Source of the DNA: Balanoglossus misakiensis
Taxonomy: Eukaryota > Animalia > Hemichordata
Assembly (NCBI GenBank): GCA_040954595.2
Contig: CM082581.2
Coordinates: 11,654,286 to 11,718,285 of the forward strand
Length of the DNA: 64,000 nucleotides
Direction of reading: 5' to 3'
Made by a program: the position numbers and the translations under genes. Shown here in pieces: positions 39,435 to 55,500 of the stretch (within the stretch, counting starts at the first letter, position 1; every line of letters starts with the position of its first letter). Under the pieces are notes generated by a model. It was not told where the DNA came from, did not search any database, and worked only from the letters and a program-made list of their open reading frames with translations.

Positions 39435-42400
39435 TCATTTCTGTCACTTTATTTCATCCAAATTTGACATTCCTGCTTCTCTTAAAAGAGTGCTTATTTC
39501 CAAAACACAATGACAGCGAAACTAGTAGTCATTGGCTGACAGCACTCAATTAGAATATGCTAATTATCATAACAAGGGACTAACAACTCACAGTGTGAGA
39601 TATTATGCTTGATTCCGGCTGAACACACAGTGATGTTTCAAACTGGTAAGTCAGTACTCTCATAATCATGAAAATTTACAAATTGAAAGGTTTTAAAAAT
39701 ATATGCATCAGTCTTTTGTTAGGCAAGATGTGTTTTACTCATCTAGATGTTTAGTACACAATATTTCAAATGAACTAAATTTTATGTTTTTCTACAAACG
39801 ATGCAAAATTGAAAACACAGCCCTTCATGGGATGACTGTGGGTTATTGTCCTAATCTGCAAAATGGAAAGTTTAATTTCTGTAATAAAAGCTTGGGGGAC
39901 CAACTGCAGCACTTCCTAAATTCCTCCGTACCCTGTTCGCAAATTATTTTCAAACTGTGAAGTATTTATTTTGTTGGAGCTGCTACTGCAAAATACACAC
40001 AATGCAGGCATGACTCATTCCCTAAAACTGGTTGCAAACACTCTGTGAAGATTTCCAGCCCTGCTGGCTGATTACCTTCACTTTCTTGTGTATTGCAACA
40101 TTCCAAACAATAAAAAAGGACTTTTTAAATTCTGTCTGTTTTTACCTCCTCCATCACCATTTGGTCCAGTCCTATTGTCTTCAGTGGTATGGTTGAGTCC
40201 TTCTGTTTTGAGAGGTGCAATTTATGGGTTGGCCCATGACGCCATTGGATCGGTGTAGTTGGATGTCTCTGTTTGTCTAGGTTGTACACATGCCAGTTTT
40301 GTCAAGTGACAAGAAATCGCACTTCTGCTAATGATGGAATTAGTTAGCAGGTGCAAGTCTGTAGTCTCCTTCCTTCTAATTAGCAGTCCTGCTTTTTTTG
40401 TTTGAGCCTTGCTGACTTCACTTTCCAACTCCCGTCTCCAGGGAGAAGCAAACGTCAATACCGGTTTGCGCTTGCATCTCTTGGCTAAATCTATTCTGCC
40501 GCCAGATGTTGAAAAAGCCCGTGTTTGCTTGCATATCCTGCCTGTGTGTATTTGGAAAGGGGAAATCCCATACCTGGGGGTGATTAAATTTGTGAAACAG
40601 ATTTCAGGGATTTTCTTGCTGGTCATTTTGTGAAAATAGGTGTGAGCCCTTCTGATCTGTGTTTCTATCCGTGTATTAAAGGGACGCTATCCATATTTTA
40701 TTGTGATCATTTTTACCAGCAGTTTTGATTTGTGAGTACATGTATGCTGATTTTTCAGTTTTTTCTGTCTTCAGTAGAATGTACTGAAAAGCTCAAAACT
40801 TGGTGTGTCACAGACTGTATCAGGGCAGAAGCTAATCTCTGTGTACTTGATACAGTACGTATAACCATTAAAGTGCAAGTATACAGAATATCTTGTAGAT
40901 CAGTAATATTGTACCAAAAAGAACATCATTGCATCATGATTTATGTTTTGACAGATCAGATACTTGTTCAGATCTGTCTTGTAAAAAAATAGATTGATCG
41001 AGAAGTAGGTTGATACATGTATCTGTTTGTGTGTGTGCTTGTGTGTGCAAAACAGCAGCTATGCCTTAATGCAGCATTTGAGATTTTGACTGGCGGTTAG
41101 ACAATTGCTAACATACCAGTATATTATTTTGTAACCATGGTTAATTAAGTAAAGTGGTGATTACACAAGATATTAATCTTGACACATGATGTGTGAACAA
41201 TCAGGATGATGACTTTATTTTATGTACTAAATAAATTACATGGGTACATCACTATCTCTAATGACAACAATGGAGAACTTGTCAACGAGGTTGAATGTCT
41301 TTCATCAGTATTGTCTATGTCTACCAGCTTCCATTTTTTTATGAGAAACATCTTGTCAATGGTTTTTGTAAATCAATCAATCAATTAGATTTGCTGTCTT
41401 ATTTAATTTCCAGCAGATTTCTCAGTCAACTAATAGGCATTCTTCAATGGATGTACCACTTCCTAAAAAAAAAATTATTGGTCCTTTTTTCATTCTTGTG
41501 TATCACATGTACTTAATTTTTATTGCTGCATATCATTTTATGTTTGGAGTTGCGTACACAGAACATGACTAATTCAATTTTGTTACCCCTTCTGTGTGTA
41601 CATTTTCATATAATTTTATTAAAGCTACAACGGCTCTGAAATTCAATACGATTTTAATTCAGTAAAACTCAGTTGTGATACTTTTTTGTTCAGCTGCAGT
41701 GTATTTTGAAGCACTGGCGATGAAAGTGTCCAAACTAATCTGTGTGAAAATATTAGTCTTAGGCTAGTCTTTAAAGAATAAACCATCTTGATTTTTTCCC
41801 CTTCATATTTTTATAAATTCCAGGTTATTAGCCTGCCCTCTTGAGGCTATAAGGGGCACATGAAAGCTATCTATATTTGTAATCAAGTTTTCATTATAAT
41901 GTGTGTTTATGTGTCAGTTCCAAACTGAATAATCACAATATAGGATACCCATTTTATCAAATTGTGTAGGAGCTACTCCTATTGAAACTTTATATATATA
42001 CAAGGCTTCAGAGTTTTTTTTGTAATCAAAATCCTTCTGTTAACTGTAACCAAATTGAAGAGATTGCAAAATACAAATATACCGTATGTAAGTTTTTTGA
42101 AACATATTACAGAATTGAAAGACTGATTATACACAGATGTTGACCTTATGGAACATGGCTGTTCATAGACATTATTCAAAACCTTAATTTCCATATCATA
42201 TTGAAGATGCTGCCATACTTGATATAACTCAAGTGAAATGTAAATTTTTGGTTACATAGCTTAATTAAATTCTGTAATACAATCTGTGTGGCCATACTTG
42301 TCTGCAGAAAGTTTTGAGTGTTTGCTTTTTAATGTTTTTGGTAAATTAAGCCAGATTTAAATTTATATTCTGCATTATGAACAGACCAATTGCAAACATT

Positions 42401-43948
42401 TGTTTTTAATTATGCATGCTGTTATGTTGAAAAAGTCACCATACTGGATATGTTATAAACATAAGAGTTTGAGAAATTTGTTTTCATTGGCTCAAGCAGC
42501 AGGTGTACAAATGATATCAAGAGTGAGAAGAGGCAGCGTGTTTGTTGAATCTGTTCCCACGACGTGATTTCTGGTACAAGCACAGTTATCAGCGGGAAAT
42601 GTCAGTGTAAGGCGAGGGAAAACCGTAGAGTCATAGTGGGAGTTGGCCAAGTACTGTTTGATGTATACGATAGCTGTACCAGTAACATGTCAACGATTGT
42701 TTTTTAAGCAGCGTGCGTGATGACTGACCCAGATACTAATCAAAGGCTTATTACAAACTGCATTAGAAGTTCAGGGTACACGTCTTGTCATTTTTTTTCT
42801 CTCTCTCTCAATCTTGATGAATTCTTTTGGTTGATGCAAATCTGGCGCTTCTGTGCGCGCGTTGATTGGCTCGTCAGGTGAGTCTCTCTTTTGGTGCGGC
42901 GTTGAAAGGTCATGACCCTAAACCGAAAACACAATGCGGTTCCATTTCGGAGGTTTTTTGTCGCCACCAAATGGACGGGGATGATGTGGAGTCTTAGCTG
43001 AAAGCATTAAGGGATTATGGGTGATTTATCAGAGTGTTTGTGAGAAGTAAAATTATGGAGGGTCAGAACTTCCATGATGACTTGCCTTGGAGAATAGAAG
43101 AGCCTTTTGGTGGGGACCGACTTGCCGTTTTCAGGGCCATCCACATTTCTTCAATAGTTTTCCTCTTTTTTATTCGGTCTTTTTGCCACATCCTTTGGTA
43201 AAAACAATGTTGAATTGTCCGTTCTACAGGGCTGTAGATGGTAAAGAAGTTATAACGTGGGTCATATCACAGAAGCCTTATATTTCCCCGGTAGAAAACG
43301 CTTCCCGAACTCATGATAAATTATTTTTTATTGGCCTAGATGCAGACGCAATTGCTTCCAATTTTCTGAGACTGCTACAGAAGAAAAATTGATCCAGCCG
43401 AAACCAATATGTGCCACCATCAAACGAATCCAAAATTGGGTCTGATTACGTTTGGCACTAGCTCTAGGGGTGCCGCGCAACGCAAGCCCAGCCATGGCTC
43501 GATTAAAAAAAAAAATCTGTCTGCGCAAATCATCTCTCGACTCACGGTACACTAAACGAAACCTTTCACATATGGAAAATTCATTCACAAGTTAGTGTGG
43601 GATTTATAGCAAGTGAATACGATGCAAGACAGATGGGAAATATTATATCACCTTTATCTTTATGGCTATTTAATAACATATGACTGTCAGATAGGGTGAA
43701 ATTGTGTAGCTGTACAGAAATAGACCCATCAAATATCATTTTAATGATGTAGTTCAATGAAGCTGGTTCCATCACACGGCTGTTACGTTTGCCGCGTCCC
43801 TCCCTCTGGAGTGTAACGCAACAGTGCAGGCAAACCAGACTCTCTCTGGTCATGAGAGCTGCTTGTACCGTTCTAGCCTGTCTTCATATCGTGTATTAAA
43901 ATGTATCATTTTGAAATTGTAACTTAAATTTATCGGAAAATATTTTAC

Positions 43949-44060
<112 letters not shown>

Positions 44061-47000
44061 ACGGGATTCAAAATTGCAGTTGTCGCCAGAACTTTATTCC
44101 TGTCATGTCTATGGCAGTATTCATGACTGCATTCAGTGGTATCTAGGAGGAATGATCATAAACCGTTCAGCTAGTCGTTAGTGTGCTGAAGTCCGATGAC
44201 TGTGGGATATATCCCGTGTAGCTCTACTGGTTAAAAATGTTGCCCTGAAAGAGAACAGAGCTTGGGTTGAAGGTGACATATCTGCACCCATAATTCCAAT
44301 CCTGTTGCGCACAGTAGGCATTTTAATCACGTGACAGGAGCCAAAGGACCCATCTCCCTCGTATTTCTAAAAGAAATGTAATAAAACTAGACATGATTTA
44401 ATACGCGTTACCATGAGGCACACAAGTTTTCAGTAATTGTCTTGTTTTACTCGGTAATTGTATGATTAGGAAATTTAGGGGACAGGTTTGGTTGGTTGTG
44501 TGTCAATTTGCATGTCTACCCCGACTTACAAACTTCTTACATCACTTTTGGTCGAGAAGGGAAAATGGTGTTTTGGTGTGGACATTACGATAGCACATAT
44601 ACATCCATGCTATGAGAAGGACTATAGTTTGCGTGCCGCTGCAGACTCATCCGGGATATTGCCACGCCAGTGGGTTGGTCAAAGCCTATGTCTAGTGTGT
44701 ATTTACAGATGATCTTACTGACATATCAGCCAAATAATTCACTAAACAATTGTAAACCGTCCAATGTGTGCATTCTGTCGATGAAGGGGTGGGGGTCACA
44801 CTTGAATATTCCACAAACACGATGGAATATTGGAGAGAAATGTCGTTGAGAAACACAAGCGAGCATGGTAGGCGTGAACTACACTCGAAATATGCACCTG
44901 GTCATTTTGAAGTCGGCTGAAATCTGTCAGAAATGCACTGACCAAAGAACAGATGCGAGTTGGCCAGTGTCTGCGTTCCAACAGATGTCCGTTTAGCCTT
45001 CTTTTAACACACGTGACAGAAGCTGTATTGACCAAGCGCATATGGACTGTCTTAGCGGCATGAAAAGTGGAATTAGTTTGGATTGAGCTTAATAAACAAA
45101 AACATTGAAAGTGATTTTGTTAAAAACGGGCAAACCACGTGGGTTTTATGGAAGCTTAGCGACACGAACGATAAAACATGGCGAGGCTTGCAAGCGATGT
45201 GTTTTCCGTCGTAAACACATCTGTCGCCCACCCCGATAACTGTTCGAGTGCCCCATTTTACATAGCTTATCAAATATGACATTCTTAAAACCAACATAAT
45301 TTACTGCGTGAGCACTTCATAGTGCATACAATTAGTAGATAACAATTCAACTGGAATATATTATTACAGTTGTCTTAAAATTTTAAGGTATTAACAATAT
45401 CAAATAAAGTATAACGACCCCCAAAATCCGCAAACATGCATGATACAGTTTTCACATTAAAGTGCCACATGTCGCTGCCGTTACAATGAATGGAGATAGA
45501 AGCTAAAAGATGAAAAATTATCATCGTCGACTTATAGTTAGTTATTGTACTGAGTCGCGGTTGATTTATTTCCCAACCAAGATTTGTTCCATTTTCCACG
45601 GCGGTGGAAAGTGGCGCGCGATATGAAGGGTTGCGGTGGTTGATTGATCCAACTCGCTTGTATATATATATTTACGTCATTCCAAATATCTGGTAACAAA
45701 ATTCACGTGGACGCCATGCATTCCATCTCTTTTGTCGGGCTGTGGGCCGATTTCTAAACTGGACTTTACACAAGGACAAACCTGTCTCACCACCAATTGG
45801 CTTTAGTCAGCTCGCTCGCTCGATCGGTCTGGGATAAAAGCGAATAGTTCGGACTGGTTCTCAAGCACCGCGTTAATAAACTGAGTACTTTTCAAAACCT
45901 AACTATGTCCTGACAACGCACATTAAAAGATAAACTCCAATAAACTTTCGTAAGTGGTGAACAGTTTGAATACATTTGCGCGTTTTGTATTTTGCTTTCA
46001 AAGGCTGTTGATTAAATCCTATAAGCTCCCAAAGTGATAAACCCTATATTGTGCAACACTTAATATTGTTCACACGGTCGCAAAACCTGTCAATAAGGTG
46101 GAACGAGTTTTTTGGACTGTTTTCGTTTTCAAGACGAGATTATTCTTTGAATATATCCCATACAATATGTTGTCATATGTTTAGAGTGGAGTAGAGAAAT
46201 GTACTTTACTGGAAACAGAAAAACTTTGCTTGTTTTAACTTTTTCCCGGGTTCTGACAACGGTTTACAGCAGATCACAGAACATCAATCACAAATTCGAT
46301 CGATGACTATGTAGAGCACTGCCAACTTTGCCTTGAAATGCGGCAAAATTAAACGACACGGAACGTTGATGGTGGTCGATGATTGCTTCTCACGGTCACG
46401 CTGTATTTAAGAAATAAGCAAAAAGGGAAGGACAAAAATGTGGACCCTTTTATACACAGTTTACATTATCGCGACATAGTCATGTATTGTATTCTGTTTA
46501 CCCTGACACTTTCTGATTCCGAAAAAAACATGTTAGCCGTGTTTGTTGCCCCATGGTGGTGTTGATTACAGATCAAATAGTAACGTTTTAATATATCAAT
46601 TAAAGACGACGACGTGTATTGGAGGTACCGGTTTACATGACTTGGTAGATATGAAAAAAAGGGACTCGAAAGTCTAGATCTGGTGATAGGATTTGGCAGA
46701 CGTGAAAAAACACACGAAAAATGAAGTAACTGAAAGTAATGATTCAGTACATATTTTACAATGTTAAAGGTCACCTCTCCCCCATGTCCCAAAGCTTTGA
46801 AGGTTTACTAAATAGCTACTGGCTATAGTTTGGTTTTATTGTCATTTTTGGTTTCCTTCTTCAATAACACGGACCCTATGTATGGCTGTGAGGTCTAATA
46901 TTGACACAGTCTGTTTATGCGTCGAACAATGTAAGATGCCAACCCACTCCCGAAAAATACTGAATTCAATAGGAATGGTCATGTGCGGTGTAAATTGAGT

Positions 47001-49525
47001 CGCTGGAGTGGTCACAGGGTTAAAGCCCGCATATCGCAGTGTTTAAAAAGGTGGTCGGAAAAATACCTAAGAATTTGTAGCAGCGGTGACCTGGTGGATT
47101 CGTTTCAAAGGGAATGCATTTCACAAATCTCAACAATGACAGACAAAGTAGCACCTGGAAAGAAGCTAATTTGTCATTCACCCATCCCTGTCTTTCCTTA
47201 TAGTCGTGTGCATCATCATCCAACAATTTGGTCCTGTACGAACACTGAAGTGTTTGGGCGCGCCCGTTCCCGGCGCAAAAATGTTGGAATTCTGTGATTT
47301 GGCGTTTGATTTGAGACTCGAAGTGGCAGAATAGAGACGTTTCATGGTAGACTTGGAACCGGAACTGTTAGAGAGAGAGAGAGGCGTGTACTCTCTGCCG
47401 CCAACTACTCAGTACCCCTTTTAGAGAAAAGAATTTACATGCATGGCAGCAGGGATAACAAAGGAGTATTAACTGAGTGGACGGGTGTTTAAAAGCAAGA
47501 GCAAGCTATGTAACATTGAGATATTTCACATACTATTAGACTCAAAAATCTGACCCATTTAAAGTCCTTGCAGTGACTGTATCAACAAGGCACACCGGGA
47601 ATACATTTGATGCATTCCATCGCGGCATTTTTTGTCGGTTTCTTTTTGAAATTTTTGACGACACTGACTTTCAACCTCGTCCGCGGGCTGGTTGATAACA
47701 ATTTGTCAAGTGGTGAAAGTGCCGCACAGTCTGGGGTGCTCGGACTCAGAATGCTTCCGTAAATCTGGGCTAATCTGCACAAAAAGAACCTACTTCGAAT
47801 TAGGAATAAACATTTATGTTAGATGGGGACAAGCGTCTAATACATTTTCTCTCTCATCATCAGATCCAGTTTCATCCCTCGGGTGAATTTCAAAAACGAA
47901 ATGATTTAATTTGGAATACGGAGAAATTTCTATATTGACCATTTCCTCGGTAAAAAGTATGGTTACTGGCCAAAGAATTTTGCAGACTTAATCTAAAACC
48001 CGTATATATTGGGGAAATCCAATAATCGATCAACTCAATCATGCAACATTTTGATAACCTTTCTAAGGTTGTAATGATATTTTCCTAGTGACAATGCAAG
48101 GTAATAAAAACATTGGCCAGTATACGACAGAATTTTTTTGTTCAAGCACACTATACATAAACGAGACTTGTCCCTGAAATTATACTGTAAAGACGACGTG
48201 TTAGCCTTAGGGGGAATTATTCTCTGCTGTCCTCCAGAATTTCATTTACACCGATTGCCCGAGGAAATCATCCTTGAGAATCTATCTGAAAAACAGGCTA
48301 CATCTGTTTCGGTGTGTCGACTCAGTTACTATTCTTTGCAAGAAGAGATAGGTTGCATTCGCAAAATATCATGGATTTTGTGATTTCGCCAACCCCTCTT
48401 TTAACCGTGGCTTTAACCGAGTCGTATAGTCATGATCTTAGACCTGTACCACATCTCAAGCGCTGAAAACGAGGGAGTCCGTTGGACCACGGGATCAACA
48501 CGACAAATTGCACGGTAATTGGTTGAGGGAATTCACCAAACCGTGAATGAATGATGCCTGAAAAAAATACCGGTGGATAAAACAAGAGATTGTTATCGAG
48601 TGAGGAGAGAGATTAAATTGAAAGATATATGTGGCACTTTACGCTGCTTACAAATTCTTGCGGTAAAACGAAGAACGGTTTACAATGCATTTACGTGTGT
48701 CTTGTGTAAACCATTAGACTTATAATTACAAAATGTGGTGGTTTCTTGAGCCATACAATACAACTCATGACCGTGTATTCACTGAAATGTACTTAACAAG
48801 TTCATTGATTGAAATCTATTGATATTTTATGATTTTTTTTCGGATAATTAAGACTGAGAATCTTTCTCGCGGACGAGAATGGCGCATTTCATTTTCTTTT
48901 CCCTGTCAGGATTTGGAGCATGAAGTCCAAACAAACTTGTCTTGCTTAGGGTAATTACATGAAATAGTGCAAATAACGTTGTTTTTTCTTCAACTGGATT
49001 TTCAATGGCTTGATTCATCAGGGAAATCAAAAATAAAATCCCAGCAACAGATGTCCGGTCCAGTAAAGATCGGGCGGAAAGCGGCAAAGTGAATTGTCCG
49101 ATAGAATTTGGTGATGTTGTTTCAACCATTGCAGGTTTCTTATGATCTTGCCGCCCACAAAGGGCCCAGGATTGGTCAGTTTATATCTTAACTGGCAAAA
49201 TATGTTCCGTTTTGCTTTGATAAAAGAGTTGACGTCATTACTGGGCCGGGTTGAATAGTTTGTCATTGATACAAAAGCGCTGCTACACAATTGAGAAGGG
49301 CCATTTAGGTGCCTATTTTGTTCAAGAGAATAGTGACCAGCTAAATGCACTGCCGGGTACTGGCAATTACAACTGTCGAGGCGAAGACTGCACAGTGGAA
49401 AAGAATATTGAAGATTGTTTGCTTTTTTAAAAATTAAGCCAGGCGTCCTTGTTATTTCTGCTCTAATTGTGTTATTGTTGTTCATGTTTACGGTAATGAT
49501 GGCAGTGGTTGTAAGCAGCCGTCGA

Positions 49526-49593
<68 letters not shown>
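49526..49593. repeat. (GAT)n microsatellite, ~22 units
   Basis: Perfect trinucleotide run. Confidence 0.98.
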
Positions 49594-49594
<1 letters not shown>

Positions 49595-52500
49595 TCACCA
49601 AGATCGGCGCGTTGCTGTAATTCCACAACAGAATATACACCGAGTCGTCAAATGAAGCTGGGTCAACAAATATCACATATTTATTCAAAAAAAATCGAAA
49701 GAAAATGATACCTCTAAAACTGATCGATAAAATATTTATTCTCTTCTTGTATATTTTTTTTAATTGGAGTAACATTATTAAACATCACGATCTTTACTGG
49801 AAAATCGATGAGAACAAGCGTTCCCTCTGAGGTTTTGAAGAGGAGTTGGTACGGAATGGCTAAAAAACATTTAACAAAAATAGAAAGCTTTTTTTGCCGT
49901 AGGCTATGCACAATATGTTTTCATACCAACGCAAACTTATCATCATGTCTGCCACGTCGACTGTTTATAATGAAGATATTCCCGTATCAGAGGAAGCCAC
50001 CTTGATACTTGTCATTTTCATGTCTAATACTCGTGTGGAAAACATTTTGTCTTGTTTTTTTCTGACATTGATCATGTGCAGTTTCCATCTCCAACGTCTG
50101 GCCAACAGAATGTGCGCACGAAGAGCCTCGTTGGCGAATCACGTGACCGATCGATCTCAACATATATCGCATCGCTTTCGGCAATAATGCATATTATTAA
50201 GCTAACTTAAGCATATGTCGTTCGATTTTCACGATGCAGAAAACAGACATAAAATAACACTGAACAACGATGAGCCGTCGCGAACTGCCGTCTTACTTTA
50301 TTAAAATTCTGAATGTAAATGAGAGACAGACGTTTGGGCTTGGTGATGTTTGAGACAATTTGAGATGAAAATAAGAGCGGATGTAATTCTCCTATGTTTC
50401 GTGACCCAACATTCATGTCTCGCGTTTGCTTTCTGTCCATTGATATTCTCTTTTCTCTTTCCTTGCCTTGTGTGAGGTGAAAAAAAATCGAACTTTTGCA
50501 GTAACAGTGTGCATTTTGCAAGACAGTGTTAAAAAGACAAATGTTTGTATAAGTTCACAAAGCGGATGAAAATGCAGGGCCGTGGTTGGTTCCCTTCTGA
50601 ATGGGCTCATTATGGCTTCGATACAGCTTTTGGAAACTAAAGAAACCTGGCCTCAGTAACTATTTATACTTCGTCCCATAGCCCTTCCAGCCATTTTCCT
50701 TGAGACAATATTGCATTATACTTGCCATAAAGGCCTCGCCTGCTCTACTATAGAGCGAACCAACTCGGGTATTCCTAAGTGTATTTATATTTTGAGATAT
50801 TTTAGAATTCACTTACGGAATTGCTATTTGAGAGAAGGAACTGCAAATATCTTTTGTGGGTGGTTAATTGTAGAATTAGACGTTGTAATAACATGGTGGG
50901 AGTCGCCAAGAGACTGTGTGAACAACAATATTAGGGAAAGGAAGGCCAATCTCCCATAACGCGGCACCAAGAAGGCTAAATTGCGGGAAAGACGTTTTTT
51001 CTGGGCCTGGTCGGAGTCACAAACCTCGTTGTAACAGTTGTTATTAATATTCCACCGTCTGCTTTGAATCATTAACGGAAATGATTTCGATTGGTCCCTG
51101 GTGATCATAGCTGTCTCCCCCCTCCGTTTTAGTGTAAAGTCCACCCCTATACATGTCTTCCTCCCAGTGGAAAATATCGCAATGAAGGACTGCTTGGCCG
51201 ATTTGAATGGGCCGATCCGACGCTGAAGAGCCATTGGGTTGAACACAGTTGTTCTCATTGTTGGTCAATTTGGCAGGCTCCATTTAGTACCTGGCTGTCT
51301 ACAGCTCGGCAGAGGACGGATTTAATGCAAGCCGGAATCCAGTCGGGCCGGTCGCTCTGAGTCGCTTCAATTTGTCTTTCAAAAATCCACCGCGCACAAA
51401 GGACGCCTTTTAAGAAGTCTAAAGGTTCGATTTGTTCCGACTGTTGGCGGCGAACAATCGTTGTTTTTTACTACCAGTCATTTAAGCACGTTGAGGACTT
51501 CCACTTGCGTTGTATACGCAGGGATCGTGTTGCTGAAAATCGGAGGATCGACTTTTACACTCTCCGAGAACAAAACCACTCTCAATTTGGTGAGTCTGTC
51601 GAATCATTTTTTTTTCTTGTTTAGTTACTGGTATCATGTAATTACTCTCATTAGTTAACAAATAAACATCCTACAACGCGCGAGAAGATAAGCTCGCCCC
51701 AAAACTAACCATTACACAAATTAATTACAGGCCTCCTTATCGTCGAAAATTACCGTTTAGTTAAACAAATTTTAATGAAACGAAAATACATGGCAGTAAA
51801 AACCACAAATTTATCTGCTTCGGTACTGATAAATAACCACACGTATCGGGGCTATCGGAAATATACTGATTTGGAAGTGTGATTTAATCATTTATCGTAT
51901 TTGGCTCCAGAAGGGTGGGAGAATTTTATCGCAGTGACGGCGAGCGATGATTGTAAGTAGCGCGTCGTTGTTGTTGCTCACTTGATTCAATTTTAAATGA
52001 TATGACGATATAAAATTGGGTACTAACCGCTCCAATGGTGTCGTAAAAGTTACGCATGGACAAACACGAGACGATGTCTTATAACCGGTATATTAGTCGC
52101 TTGTTACGTTTTATAGTCACCGGTCGCTAGTAAAATACACTACAAAACCCGCACTACAGTGACTTATTGGTGGTAAGGGTCAGTGGTATACTAATAACAA
52201 GGCATGTCTCGTGGCGTTGTCATCGAGTAAAAAGACACTATGGGTTTCAGGAAATTGGTTCTTGTGATGATGGGCTTGAAAAAAGATACCAAGGCTGTGC
52301 AGGACAGACCTGGCTTTCTGGCTGCTCTTAGAGGCGCGGAACACACCCCTTCTCGCGGGGTTTTAGCGTGAACCAGCGACCTGGTCAGGGTATTCTCTAC
52401 TCAATTTTGGCAGAGACGTTGAAGTATGCGGTGTCATCGGCGAACCCTGAACTAGTAAAGACTTCGTTGTAATTGTTTCCAATCCTACTGGGACGAGAAA

Positions 52501-55500
52501 GAACGGGCCGTGTGAGTGATTTCTCAAAGAAGAATCAATCACGGCGCTTAATATGCGTTTTTTGGATTCTGGAGAGAGAGAAATGACCCTTGCTGAGTGT
52601 GGTGACATTCGTTAATGTTAAAATGTGACTCATTAGGCATGATAAATATGTTTCTATTGAGATGGCGGGCGTATTTTATTCCGAACAAGCCAGACTTGTT
52701 GTCAACAGTCGCGCTGCAAATGATCTTCCCCCGAAGCACTACACAAATTTGGATACCGCTTGGATTCCCATGTGAGTCGCCCGCACTGACAAACGTTTTC
52801 GACAGCCAAGATGCTGGGCTCTCTTTTATTTATTTATTTATTGGGGGACCAGTAATGGCATGAGTATGTGTATGCAACTTAAGATTATCTTTATTTAGTT
52901 TGTCAGTTTGCCCAAAGTATGAACAGATTTCTAGAGGGGCCGAGTACCTCCTGATTAGCATACACAATCATGCACCTGCCCTGGCTCTACAAACCACCAG
53001 CTTCGGGGTTGGGCTGTGAAAGAACGATAACTCCAAAAAGTTTCTTAACTTCTTAAGAGAGAAAGAAAAAAAGGCAGACAAAAAGGGGCACTGTGTAATG
53101 AATGGTAGCTGATTAGGTCCATAGCAGCGTAGATAGCAATCGTAATAGTATGCCTTTGTAAAAATCCACTAATATGGAGTAATGAGAATCATCGTGTATT
53201 GTAGAGCTCATTAGCGCCTATTTGTTCTGCATTTACCACACACACACACCTGTATAGAGAGGCCTTCTCTAATTTCTGCACATGCGCTAACAATTCTGTG
53301 TTCAACTGGTTGCGTCGAGCCTCTGTTAACGCGCATTTATTTACATTTACCTTCTTGGCACGCCGTCATTGAATTTTAAAACAAACTTTTATTCTGTCAT
53401 AAAAAGCGCGCTCGACCAGAAACCAAATAAACTGTGTCCAAGTAGAGTTTCTCGGGTGGGCGATTGTTCGAACGGGCGCCTTTGCGCTATCTCAGTCTAA
53501 ACTAGATTACTCCTTCCTTCGTGTCGGTCGACAGATATTAAAGCGGCTACATTAATTACTGATTGGAAGGGAGGACATCTCATTAACGGTGACAATGAAG
53601 TCAGATTTTCTCTATTGACTTATCGCATTTATGTGCCACATGTGGGAGGGGTTTACATTATTACATCGTCCATTTAGTTTTCCTGTTGTGACGTTTGTAC
53701 AAAAATAAACCACCGGAATGGCCGACCCGTAGAAAAGATTCTTCCAAATTGATGGCGCGGTGACAACATGTAAGGGTTGGTACATCAGCTTTACCATACC
53801 CTTTACTTTATTAGACTCAAATGTGATTAAACATCATAATCGATATTCCATTTTGGGAAAGAATAATAATACACGCACACACTATAGTGTCAGTAGTGAC
53901 GTCAGAATCGTGTTATATGGTTTCAATCGATAGAAACATATAGGTGACAGGACACGCTATATGATCGTTACTCGCTGATATTATAGACGTGGTATTGTGT
54001 GGAAATTATACAGAAGGAACGAATGGATAGGCGGATATTAAAACAGCTTTCTCGACAAAGGTGTCGCAAAGATGTTATAGGGCTTCGTAATACGGTCTTT
54101 GTGTCACGAGCTTTTTTTCGCTGCGGTCACCTATGAAATTGCAGCAAGTGTGACTTATTTAAAAAGCAGTGCTTTTAAACCAAACACATAAAAATAATTC
54201 GCATCCGTTTGGAATGGTAAAATATAGTGTATAAAAGACCCGATGGGTTTTAGCGGTAGATTTTTAAATATAATTACTTTCACGGGGTGAATCTAGCGAA
54301 TGTCAACATTTTAGTCGAAGTTCCAGTGAAATTGAAAGTTGGTTGTGTCTCTTTCATCTATTTCAGTTTCAGCTAGAGATATTAAAATTGAAAAGGGGGG
54401 ATTTGTCGTCTGTTGATTTATGTTTGCACATGTTTTTCTTTGATAAACAGCATGAAAATTGGTGATTTTTAACATGCTGTGCAAATTTTGAAAAACGAGT
54501 GGTTTCCGGAGGGGCGAGTATGTAAGGTAGAAGTTCGTCGTACTCATTTGTGATTGGTTGAATTGTGCGTTTCCCGTGACACTTCCTGTACTCTAATATT
54601 TTGTAGCGTTAGGTGAACTGAGCCCTGGCACAAAATTAGCACATACTATTTTCCTGTTCCTTTTGCGACACGCTTTCATGACCGTTCTGCTCTACTGAGT
54701 CGCACGCACTTTGCCAGAAAGACGGCCTTTGATGGGCCCATCATCTCCGTTTCCCCTGCATTGTTCTGTGTACAGCTAGACCAACGTGCAAGGCGGGGTT
54801 TGAGTGCCGAGTTTCGCGCCCCTCGAAGCACAAGCAGTTTTGAAAGCCTTCCGCCGAAACCAGACCCGGTAGTTGCAGATCTTGCACAGAGATCTCTCTC
54901 AGATGGGACTAAGACAGCTGACCGACCCCAGCGCGTGTTCCTCCACTGTGGCGTTTGGTCTTTGATCCGTTTATGGAGCCGTGATCCTTTATTACTGCTT
55001 GTTTTGTGGTGTCTAGTCGAGTCTGCCTACTCACTCTTTTGCAAGCAACTCCGTAATTACACAGAAATTTTATTAACATTTGAATAGAGGACACCGACAC
55101 AGACCTTTTTAACAGCGGGGGAGATTCCGGACTAGTGAACACAGCTCTAAACTCGCCAGAAGTTCGTGTGATCCCGTCGCCGTCTGTGGAGAAATATACA
55201 CATCTCGCGTCCAACAACATAGTGTCTATATTTGCAGTGGAACCGGTGTTGCTGGCAGCTTCAATCTTATTCAAGGAGCGCATGGTTTTGTTGCCGACAT
55301 GAAATACTTGAATTACCGTCCTTTCTTGGCAACAAAGAGACACTGTGTTATTGTATAGTTGTTTTTTTGCGTCCATAGATGTAGTGTTGGAGTGTAAAGA
55401 GTGCACAATACGTGGAGAATTCGATGTGGAAGACCATCCATTGAGCAGCCAGCGACCAGCAGCGTTAATAAAGAGAGCACACAGTAGCAAACGAGTGAAG

